Program-made: the position numbers and the translations under genes
Notes under the pieces: model-generated
What the model saw: only the letters and a program-made list of their open reading frames with translations
Databases searched by the model: none
What the model was told of the DNA's origin: nothing
In this document: positions 35,518 through 43,173 of the stretch, one piece after another
Layout of the letters: each line of letters opens with the position of its first letter
Position numbering within the stretch: the stretch's first letter is position 1
Assembly (NCBI GenBank): GCA_035635835.1
Contig: DASQAH010000258.1
Location: 1 to 52,621 of the forward strand
Reading direction: 5' to 3'
Length of the DNA stretch: 52,621 nucleotides
Source of the DNA: Gemmatimonadales bacterium
GTDB taxonomy: Bacteria > Gemmatimonadota > Gemmatimonadetes > Gemmatimonadales > GWC2-71-9

Positions 35518-36312
35518 ATGTTGTCTGTCAGGGTCGTAAAGCTTGGGGGGAACGAGCTGGAGCGCCCCGACTGGCTCGCGGCGTGCGCCCAGGCACTCGC
35601 CAGCGCTGGTCCCATCGTGGTGGTGCACGGCGGCGGCCGGGCGGTTACCGCCCTGTCGCGGCAGCTGGGACTCCCGGTCGAGAAGCGCGCCGGCATACGG
35701 GTGACGACCCCGGAGGTGGCGGCGGTCGTCGAGATGGTTCTGGGTGGACCAATCAACCGCAGCGTCGTCGCTGCCCTGCGGCTGGCCGGGCTCGACGCCG
35801 TGGGGCTTTCCGGAGTGGACGGCGGCTTGCTCACTGCCGAGCTGCTCCCTGGCGGATTCGGTCATGTCGGAAAGATCACCGCTGTGCGGGCGGCTCTGCT
35901 CCACAGTCTGCTGCTGGCGGGACTCACCCCGGTCATCGCCCCCATGGCGCCGGGCAGCGGCGGGGACGGAGGGAGCGGGGGAGGAGGAGGGGGAGCCGAC
36001 GTGCCGTTCAACGTCAACGCCGATGACGCCGCTGCCGCCATCGCCGGGGCCCTGCAGGCTGCCGAGCTGCTGTTCATCTCGGACGTGCCAGGGGTGGTAG
36101 TCGAGGGCGTGCCGCAGCCGACCCTCCCGGTCGGAGCGCTCGACACGCTGATCGAGCTCGGTATCGCTGCGGACGGTATGGCCGCCAAGCTGCGCGCGGC
36201 TGCTGCCGCTCTCGAGGCCGGGACGCGGGCGGTGCGCATCGGCGACCTGCGCCTCTTGGGCGACCCGACGGCCGGCACTCGCCTCCTCGCGGCGACGGTC
36301 CAGCCCGCATGA
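35518..36312 (+). CDS. argB: acetylglutamate kinase
   Basis: VVKLGGNE, VVVHGGG, GLPVEKRAGIRVT, FNVNADDAAAAIA. Has a Gly-rich insertion GSGGDGGSGGGGGGAD. Confidence 0.9.
   Translation: MLSVRVVKLGGNELERPDWLAACAQALASAGPIVVVHGGGRAVTALSRQLGLPVEKRAGIRVTTPEVAAVVEMVLGGPINRSVVAALRLAGLDAVGLSGVDGGLLTAELLPGGFGHVGKITAVRAALLHSLLLAGLTPVIAPMAPGSGGDGGSGGGGGGADVPFNVNADDAAAAIAGALQAAELLFISDVPGVVVEGVPQPTLPVGALDTLIELGIAADGMAAKLRAAAAALEAGTRAVRIGDLRLLGDPTAGTRLLAATVQPA
35962..35993. repeat. G-tract GGGG..GGG..GGGGG..(GGA)3..GGGGG
   Basis: Read directly and verified against the argB codons. Confidence 0.85.
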
Positions 36313-37487
36313 CGACCGCCGTTTCCGCTGCCTCGACCCAGGCCACCACGGCCCTGCTGGGCGTGTACGCTCGTGTCGGCCCCACATTCGTGGCCGGCGA
36401 GGGCTGCGAGCTGATTGCCGCCGACGGCTCGCGCTACCTCGACTGCGTCGCCGGGATTGCGGTGAACGCGCTCGGCTACGGCCACCCTGCGATTCGGGAC
36501 GCGGTGCTGCGCGCGCTCGAGACCGGGCTGATCCACGTCTCCAATCTCTATTACACTGAGCCGGGCGAGCGCCTCGCCGACGAGCTCGTTGCGCGGTCGT
36601 TCGCCGACCGGGTGTTCTTCTGCAACTCGGGCGCCGAAGCGAACGAGGCGGCGTTCAAATTCGCACGGAAGTGGTCGGCGAAGCCCGGGATCGTCGCGTT
36701 CTCCGGCTCCTTCCACGGCCGCCTGTTCGCCTCGCTCGCCGCCACGGACCGCCCCGATTACCGTGTGCCGTTCGAGCCCCTGGTACCGGGCGTGCATGTG
36801 CTTCCCCTGGGGGACCGCGCGGCCGCGCAGCGGATGCTCGCCGAGTCGCCCGTAGGCGCGGTGATCATGGAGCCGGTGCAGGGCGAAGGCGGGGTACGGC
36901 CGGCCCCGGCCGAATGGCTTGGCTTCTTGCGCGCGTTGTGCGACGCCCACGGTGCGGCCCTGATCTTCGACGAAGTCCAATGCGGCCTGGGCCGTAGCGG
37001 CACACTGTTCGCGTATGAGCACAGCGGCGTGGTGCCCGACATGCTCACCCTCGCCAAGCCGCTGGCCGGAGGGCTGCCGATGGGGGCTGTACTGCTGTCG
37101 GACCGGATCGCCGCAGCGCTCAAGCCCGGCGACCATGCCACCACATTTGGGGGCGGACCCCTGGTGGCCACCGTCGCGCTTGAGGTTCTGCAGCGGCTAG
37201 CGGCGCCGGAGTTTCTGGCTGCCGTCCGGACGCGCGGGGCGCGCCTGGGCGCGGCGCTGCGCGCGCTCGCGGAGCGGAGTCCGAAGGTGAAGGAGGTACG
37301 CGGCGTCGGACTGATGTGGGGGATCGAGCTCACCCAGCCTGCCGCGCCCTTGGTGACGGCGGCCCGCGAGCGGGGGCTGCTCATTGCCACCGCAGGACCG
37401 AGCGTGCTGCGGCTGGTGCCACCGCTGGTCATCTCAGACGCCGAAGTCGATCGCGCCGTGGCGACATTGGGTGAGGTGCTGGCATGA
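36309..37487 (+). CDS. argD: acetylornithine aminotransferase
   Basis: FFCNSGAEANEAAFKFARKW, DEVQCGLGRSGTLFAYEH, TFGGGPL. ATGA overlap with argB. Confidence 0.9.
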   Translation: MTTAVSAASTQATTALLGVYARVGPTFVAGEGCELIAADGSRYLDCVAGIAVNALGYGHPAIRDAVLRALETGLIHVSNLYYTEPGERLADELVARSFADRVFFCNSGAEANEAAFKFARKWSAKPGIVAFSGSFHGRLFASLAATDRPDYRVPFEPLVPGVHVLPLGDRAAAQRMLAESPVGAVIMEPVQGEGGVRPAPAEWLGFLRALCDAHGAALIFDEVQCGLGRSGTLFAYEHSGVVPDMLTLAKPLAGGLPMGAVLLSDRIAAALKPGDHATTFGGGPLVATVALEVLQRLAAPEFLAAVRTRGARLGAALRALAERSPKVKEVRGVGLMWGIELTQPAAPLVTAARERGLLIATAGPSVLRLVPPLVISDAEVDRAVATLGEVLA

Positions 37488-37990
37488 GCGCGCTGCCCCT
37501 CCGGGCGTTGCGAGCCGAGCCGGCCGCGCTGATGCGGGCCGCGCGGCTGGCCGACGTGCCAGCACTCGAGACGCTCATGGCGCCGTTCGTCGCGACCGGA
37601 GACCTGCTGCCGCGCAGCCGCTACGACCTGTGCCGGCACATCAAGGAATACGTCGTAGCGCAAGAGGAAACCGAGCGAGACCAGACGATCGTGGCGTGCG
37701 GCTCGCTCAAGCTGTACAGCGAGACGCTCGCGGAGATCGCGGGTGTGGCGGTGCAGGACGATAGGCAGGGCCGAGGCCTCGGGCGCGCAGTGATCGAAAC
37801 GCTGGTCGCCGAAGCGCGGGCCCTTGGCTTGAGCGAGGTGTTCGCCCTCACCCGCAAGCCCGCGTTCTTCCTTCGCCTGGGCTTCGGGCCCGCTGAAAAG
37901 GCGCAGTTCCCGCAGAAGGTGTGGGCCGACTGCGCCCGCTGCCCTCGGCAGGCGTGCTGCGACGAGATCGCGGTGACGCTGAAGCTGTAA
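37484..37990 (+). CDS. GNAT N-acetyltransferase, short ArgA-like (putative N-acetylglutamate synthase)
   Basis: ATGA overlap with argD. GNAT core VAVQDDRQGRGLGRAVIE. The function is inferred from operon position. Confidence 0.75.
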   Translation: MSALPLRALRAEPAALMRAARLADVPALETLMAPFVATGDLLPRSRYDLCRHIKEYVVAQEETERDQTIVACGSLKLYSETLAEIAGVAVQDDRQGRGLGRAVIETLVAEARALGLSEVFALTRKPAFFLRLGFGPAEKAQFPQKVWADCARCPRQACCDEIAVTLKL

Positions 37991-37998
37991 GCTGGTTG

Positions 37999-38004
37999 TA
38001 GGTT
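37999..38004 (+). promoter_or_regulatory. -10-like TAGGTT, 7 nt before GTG 38012, inside the tandem heptads GGTTGTA-GGTTGTA-GGTCGTG
   Basis: Read directly (37994-38014). Confidence 0.4.
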
Positions 38005-38011
38005 GTAGGTC

Positions 38012-39079
38012 GTGAAGCCCTCCACTCACAAGGTCTTCGTCTTCGCCGGCTTCGGCTGCGGCGGCCTCGTGGCCGGCTTCATGATTCTCGGGATATTCGT
38101 GGCCCGGAACGAGGAGGCGAAGCACCCGGGGTCCCGACCGGTGCCGGCGGTTCTCGTTCCTGTGGCGGCCCTCGATTCGCTCCGCAACCTCGACGTCCGC
38201 TCCCTGCTCGGCCAGTCCGATCCCCGCGAAGCCCTGGCGCCACAGGGCAACGCCAATGGAGCTGTCCTGGCCATGGCCGTGTGGCGCGGGCAGGGGATCG
38301 CGACCCTGAGGGTGACGTTCGGCGACACCTTCCCCACCGGGTCCACCGAGCGGCAGGCCTGGCTCGCCGCCGGCGCGTCCTACTTCGTGGATACTCTCGT
38401 CCGCGCCGCGCTCCAGCCGTGGCGGCTCGCTGCGGCGGCGCCTGACAGCGGCGATGCCCTCGTTCCGACACTGCAGCCGAGGCCGGTGCTCGCGACCGTG
38501 CGGGCCATGCTCGCGCGCGTGCAACTCGACCTCGCGGCCCGACGCCGATCGTCCGCGGACACCGTGCTACGTGCGGTCATGACCATCGCCTATGCTCTGG
38601 AGGCGGACGCGCGTTTGTCAACGGTGGTGCTGGGCGCGCGGATCGAGCGCGATGCCGCGGACACGCGGGCCCGGCATCGGGAGCTATGGCGCGGGGAGTC
38701 CGGGCCCCGAGTGCGGGCGGCGCTGGCACGCGCGGATGCTTCCAGCCACGCCTTGGGGAGACTCCAGACCCTCGCCTGGGTGGCTGGGGTCGCCCCCGAC
38801 AACGCTCTGGGGTTGGCGGAGCTCGCAGCGGACCCCCGGCCGTCCGTGGCGGTACGCCGCGAGTTCGTGCGGGTCGTCGCTGACGGCTGGCTGCAAGACC
38901 CGGAGGAGATGTCGCGGGGGATCAGCCGCAAGCGCCGCGAAGCGCTCGAGCGGCTGCAGCAGGATGCGCTGCCGCCCGAGGTGCGCGCCGCCGTGCGCGC
39001 TGCCCTCGCGTTCCGGGATCCCGGCATGCTGGGCCGGTTTCGCCGCATGATCGCCTACACGCAGGCGAGCGCGACGTAG
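38012..39079 (+). CDS. hypothetical single-pass membrane protein (355 aa), Ala/Arg-rich helical domain
   Basis: TM segment FVFAGFGCGGLVAGFMILGIFV. High GC3 throughout. No family recognised. Confidence 0.65.
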   Translation: MKPSTHKVFVFAGFGCGGLVAGFMILGIFVARNEEAKHPGSRPVPAVLVPVAALDSLRNLDVRSLLGQSDPREALAPQGNANGAVLAMAVWRGQGIATLRVTFGDTFPTGSTERQAWLAAGASYFVDTLVRAALQPWRLAAAAPDSGDALVPTLQPRPVLATVRAMLARVQLDLAARRRSSADTVLRAVMTIAYALEADARLSTVVLGARIERDAADTRARHRELWRGESGPRVRAALARADASSHALGRLQTLAWVAGVAPDNALGLAELAADPRPSVAVRREFVRVVADGWLQDPEEMSRGISRKRREALERLQQDALPPEVRAAVRAALAFRDPGMLGRFRRMIAYTQASAT

Positions 39080-39109
39080 TTGACACTCTCCCTTCCGTGC
39101 CGAGAGATT
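39080..39109 (+). promoter_or_regulatory. candidate promoter TTGACA-N18-GAGATT; leader with SD GAGGAAG (39129-35)
   Basis: Perfect -35 immediately after the upstream stop codon. Confidence 0.45.
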
Positions 39110-39140
39110 CCCGGGGCCGCTTTCGCGTGAGGAAGACCCT

Positions 39141-39806
39141 GTGGCCAAGGTGATTTTCTGGGACGTCGATACCCAGGTTGATTTCATGAAAGCCGATGGC
39201 AAGCTATACGTGCCGGACGCCGAGCAGATCATCCCGCAGCTTAAGAAGCTCACCGACTACGCTCACGGGCACGGTCTGCGGATCGTTGCCAGCGCCGACG
39301 ACCACGTCCGCGAGGACCCGGAGATTTCCGACACGCCTGATTGGAAGCAGACCTTTCCCCCCCACTGCCTGCGTGGCACGCCGGGACAACGGAAGATTGC
39401 GGAGACGGCCCTGCGCGACCCGCTCGTGATCGAGCCCCAGGGCGCCGACCCCAAGACGCTGGCGGAGCGGGTGCGGCGGCACCCCGGGGACATCCTGTTC
39501 CACAAACACCGCTTCGACGTCTTCACGAACGAGAATGTGCTCACCGTGTTGGGCGTGCTCGATCCGCAGGACGTCGTGCTGTACGGCGTGGCACTAGACG
39601 TATGCGACAAATACGCGATCGAGGGCTTGCTGCGGCACCGGCCCGAGACGCGCCTGTTCGCCGTGAGCGACGCCATGAAGCCGATCGACCGCGACGGCGC
39701 CGAGACACTGTTAAAGGAGTGGGGCGAGGAGGGCGTCCGCCTCGTGAAGACAAGCGAGGTAGTCGTCGGGGGGCTGGTCGAGCAACTGGCGCGCGCCACC
39801 GCATGA
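39141..39806 (+). CDS. isochorismatase-family cysteine hydrolase (possible nicotinamidase)
   Basis: VIFWDVDTQVDF, VLYGVALDVCDKY (catalytic Cys context). GTG start with an SD. Confidence 0.8.
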   Translation: MAKVIFWDVDTQVDFMKADGKLYVPDAEQIIPQLKKLTDYAHGHGLRIVASADDHVREDPEISDTPDWKQTFPPHCLRGTPGQRKIAETALRDPLVIEPQGADPKTLAERVRRHPGDILFHKHRFDVFTNENVLTVLGVLDPQDVVLYGVALDVCDKYAIEGLLRHRPETRLFAVSDAMKPIDRDGAETLLKEWGEEGVRLVKTSEVVVGGLVEQLARATA

Positions 39807-40885
39807 CGGTCCCGGCGTTCGGCAAATTCTTCCTCCCAGGTCCTACCGACGTCCACCCCGAAGTGCTCGGGGCGATGCTGCACCCGATGATCGGCCACCG
39901 CTCCTCCGCGATGGAAGAGCTGCTCGGATCCATGGCACCGCGGCTGCAGGCCTTGTGCCGGACCGGACGCACCGTGCTGGTGGGAACCACCTCCGCCACC
40001 GGCTTCATGGAGCTGGCAGTCCGCAACGGGGTGCGCCGCCGCGCCCTCGCCGTTGTGAACGGCGCGTTCAGCGACCGCTTCGCTAAGCTCGTGACGGCGG
40101 CGGGCAAGGAATGCGTTCGCCTGGACGTGCCGCTCGGCGTCGCGATCGAGCCCGACATGCTGCGCGACGCGCTGAAGCGCAATGCGCCGGTGGACGCCGT
40201 CACGGTGGTGCACTCCGAGACGTCGACGGGCGTGCTCCAGGACGTGGCGGCCCTCGCACGAGTCGTCCACGAGTTCGACGACGTCCTGATGCTGGTGGAC
40301 GCCGTTACGTCGATGGCCGGCTCGCCGGTCGAGCCCGACCGTTGGGGGCTCGACTTCGCCTTCACTGGCTCTCAGAAAGCTCTCGCCCTGCCGCCGGGCC
40401 TCGCGCTGGGCGTCGCGTCCGAGCGCATGCTGCAGCGCGCCGCATCGCTCCCCGGCCGCGGTCTCTACTTCGACCTCGTGAGCTTCGAGCAGGCCAGCGC
40501 CAAGTTCCAACCGACGAACACGCCGGCCGTGCCGCTGCTGTACGCCCTCGCGAAACAGCTCGAGCGCATCGCGGGCGAGGGCGGAGTGGAGGCGCGCTGG
40601 CGCCGGCATGACGCGATGCGCCAGCGCACCGAGCGCTGGGCCGGAGAGCGGGGGATCGAGTATCTGCCGTGCGAGGGCCGGCGCAGCTGGACCGTGTCTT
40701 GCCTCCGACTCCCCGACGGCAAGCGCTCCAAGGAGATCGTCGGCGCGCTGCAGCGGCAAGGGTGGGTGATCGGCGCCGGGTACGGGGCGCTCAAGGATTC
40801 GACGATCCGGATCGGCCACATGGGCGACCACACCGTGGCGGCCCTGGAAGAGCTGCTCATCGCGGTGGAGGCGCAGCTCGCGTGA
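39803..40885 (+). CDS. class-V aminotransferase (serine-glyoxylate / phosphoserine aminotransferase-like)
   Basis: ATGA overlap upstream and GTGA overlap with serA. FLPGPTDVHPEVL, FAFTGSQKALALPPG (PLP Lys). Track ORF 39341.. is over-extended. Confidence 0.85.
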   Translation: MTVPAFGKFFLPGPTDVHPEVLGAMLHPMIGHRSSAMEELLGSMAPRLQALCRTGRTVLVGTTSATGFMELAVRNGVRRRALAVVNGAFSDRFAKLVTAAGKECVRLDVPLGVAIEPDMLRDALKRNAPVDAVTVVHSETSTGVLQDVAALARVVHEFDDVLMLVDAVTSMAGSPVEPDRWGLDFAFTGSQKALALPPGLALGVASERMLQRAASLPGRGLYFDLVSFEQASAKFQPTNTPAVPLLYALAKQLERIAGEGGVEARWRRHDAMRQRTERWAGERGIEYLPCEGRRSWTVSCLRLPDGKRSKEIVGALQRQGWVIGAGYGALKDSTIRIGHMGDHTVAALEELLIAVEAQLA

Positions 40886-42474
40886 CGCATCGGGTCGTAG
40901 TGGCCGACAAACTCGGCGCCGCGGGCTTGACCCTACTCGCGGCTGAGCCGGAGATCGAAGTCGTCGACTGCGCCGGCAAGTCGCCCGAGGAGCTGGAACG
41001 GGCGCTGGGCAAGGCGGACGCGCTCATCGTGCGCAGCGAGACGCGGGTCACGGCGGAGCTGCTCGCCCGGGCCCCGCATCTGCGAGTGATCGCTCGGGCC
41101 GGGATCGGCGTGGACACGATCGACGTGCCCGCCGCCACGCGTCGCGGCATCGCAGTGATGAACGCTCCCGGCGCCAACACGGTGAGCGCCGCGGAGCACG
41201 CCCTGGGGCTGCTGCTCGCGCTCGTGCGACACATCCCGTGGGCAGCCGACGCGATGCGCCGGGGACAATGGGACCGCAAGCGCTTCGAGGGCACCGAGCT
41301 GCGCGGCAAGACGATGGGGATCGTCGGCCTGGGGCGAATCGGGGGACACGTCGCCCAGCTGGCGCGGTCGTTCGGCATGAGCGTAGTGGCGCACGATCCT
41401 TACCTACCGCCCGGCCGAGCAGCCGAGCTGCAGGTGAAGGTGCTGCCGCTCGAAGACCTGCTGCGCACCTCGGACGTGGTCACCATGCACGTCGCCCTCA
41501 CCGACGAGACCCGGCACCTGATCAACGCCGCGCGCCTGGCGCTCATGAAGCCGACGGCGGTGCTCATCAATACCGCCCGCGGTGAGCTGGTGGACGAACC
41601 TGCGCTGGCGGAAGCAGTCACCGCCAAGCGAATCGCCGGGGCGGCGATCGACGTGTTCGCGCAGGAGCCGCTGCCGGCGGATTCGCCGCTGCGCAAACTC
41701 GACCGGGTGATCCTCACCCCGCACCTCGCGGCGTCGACCGCCGAAGCCCAAGAGCGCGTGGCGCTGGAGATCTCCGCCGCCGTGCGCGACGCCCTGCTCG
41801 CGGGGGACCTCTCCACCGCCATCAATGTCCCCGGCATCAGCGGCGACCTGTTGCGGCGCCTCGGGCCGCTGCTGACGCTGGCGCGTCGCTTGGGCCGGTT
41901 GGCGCTCGCGCTGGCTGAAGGACCGGTCACGGCGGTGGAAGTGGCCTATGGGGGGAAAGACGATGCCGCGCCGCGGCCCGTCTTGATGGCGGCGCTCGAA
42001 GGGCTGCTCTCGGCGATGAACGCGGGGCCGGTCAGCCTCGTGAACGCGCAGGTCCTGGCCGAAGAGAAGGGGATCCAGCTCGCCCGCAAGACGGGCGCGC
42101 CCGAGTCGGGCTTCGAGATCTCGGTCGGCGTGGAAGTGGACACAGCCCGAGGCCGGGTGCGCGTCGCAGGAGCGCTGGTGGGCAACAGTCACGGCCGGGT
42201 GGTCCGGATCGACGACTATCATGTAGACGTCGCCCCCGAGGGGTGGATGCTGGTGATCCGGAATCGCGACGTGCCGGGCGTGATCGGCCGGGTGGGCACC
42301 GTGTTGGCCGAGAGCGGCATCAACATCGGGAGCTACCACCAGTCCCGTCGCACGACCGGTCAGGAGGCGCTCGCGGCGATCACCGTGGATCAACCGTTGA
42401 CGAACGGCGTGCGGGAGCGACTTGAGCGCGTGCCCGACGTACTGCAGGTGAAGCTGGCGGACTTCGGGGAGTAA
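40882..42474 (+). CDS. serA: D-3-phosphoglycerate dehydrogenase with C-terminal ACT domain
   Basis: GIGVDTIDV, GIVGLGRIGGHVA, TPHLAASTAEAQ. ACT: MLVIRNRDVPGVIGRVGTVLAESGINI. Start is GTG 40882. Confidence 0.92.
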   Translation: MTHRVVVADKLGAAGLTLLAAEPEIEVVDCAGKSPEELERALGKADALIVRSETRVTAELLARAPHLRVIARAGIGVDTIDVPAATRRGIAVMNAPGANTVSAAEHALGLLLALVRHIPWAADAMRRGQWDRKRFEGTELRGKTMGIVGLGRIGGHVAQLARSFGMSVVAHDPYLPPGRAAELQVKVLPLEDLLRTSDVVTMHVALTDETRHLINAARLALMKPTAVLINTARGELVDEPALAEAVTAKRIAGAAIDVFAQEPLPADSPLRKLDRVILTPHLAASTAEAQERVALEISAAVRDALLAGDLSTAINVPGISGDLLRRLGPLLTLARRLGRLALALAEGPVTAVEVAYGGKDDAAPRPVLMAALEGLLSAMNAGPVSLVNAQVLAEEKGIQLARKTGAPESGFEISVGVEVDTARGRVRVAGALVGNSHGRVVRIDDYHVDVAPEGWMLVIRNRDVPGVIGRVGTVLAESGINIGSYHQSRRTTGQEALAAITVDQPLTNGVRERLERVPDVLQVKLADFGE

Positions 42475-42735
42475 CGAGGCTCCGTCCGTCCCTCCCCGCC
42501 CCATTCCTGGGCCGGGTTTGTACCCCCCCCTGTCCTAAAACGAGGCGGCGCCACGACTCAGACTTGGCTTCGAAATCTCGCGGCCGCCCGCTTCATGCTG
42601 CTACGACGCAACACGATACCTCCATATCAACCAGCGCCGTTTCACTCTGAGCTCAGCTCGTCCGGAACTTGCGTCCACGCAACACGGCTGGTGCGGACAG
42701 AAGCGGTCGACCGTGGGCAAGGAAGGAGCGAGAAC

Positions 42736-43167
42736 ATGGCGCAGCGTAGACCCTGGGGCCTGGCGGTGGCTGCCCTCGCGGCAGTCGCGTGCAGCAAGGA
42801 TGTGACCGGCCCCGCACAGAAACTGGCGGGGACCTACAGTTATACCGCGACGTTCGGCGGAAGCGGCGGCTCTTGCAGTGTGAATGAAATCCTGACGATT
42901 AAGCCGCAGGGCGCTGCGTTCTCCGGCAGCTATTCCGGCAACATCATCTGCACGGACCAGAGTGGATCGCATATGGGCCAAACATCGGGCTCGGTTATGA
43001 ACGGGTCGGTGTCCGGGGACAGCGTCTACTTCGATTTCGACGGGAGCGCCTGGCATAACTTCGGTGTCGTCGACGGGACAGGTATGCGGGGCACGGCTAA
43101 CGCGCAGGTGATCGTGAACGGCGCGCCAAACGTTCTCGCTGGTGATTTCGTCTGCACCAAGCAGTGA
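42736..43167 (+). CDS. small lipoprotein, unknown family, compositionally atypical
   Basis: SD AAGGAG 7 nt before the ATG. Lipobox LAAVACS. GC3 is visibly lower than in neighbouring genes. The upstream in-frame extension of track ORF 42595.. has non-coding codon usage. Confidence 0.65.
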   Translation: MAQRRPWGLAVAALAAVACSKDVTGPAQKLAGTYSYTATFGGSGGSCSVNEILTIKPQGAAFSGSYSGNIICTDQSGSHMGQTSGSVMNGSVSGDSVYFDFDGSAWHNFGVVDGTGMRGTANAQVIVNGAPNVLAGDFVCTKQ

Positions 43168-43173
43168 CGAGGG

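Noticed and set aside
36758-38524. 588-aa minus-strand ORF, with similar long shadow ORFs at 39263..40831, 18602..20026, 35862..37136, 14176..15237, 41404..42504, 45569..46786 and 27885..28985
   Set aside because: All lie opposite strongly supported plus-strand genes (argD, aminotransferase, amidohydrolase, argB, gyrA, serA, leuS, saccharopine dehydrogenase). Their products are Arg/Gly/His/Asp-rich and lack any family signature.
42664-42670. GGAACTT, the classical ECF -35 motif, upstream of the lipoprotein gene
   Set aside because: No CGTC-type -10 lies at 16-17 nt spacing. A 7-mer can occur by chance. It is kept only as a note inside the islet finding.
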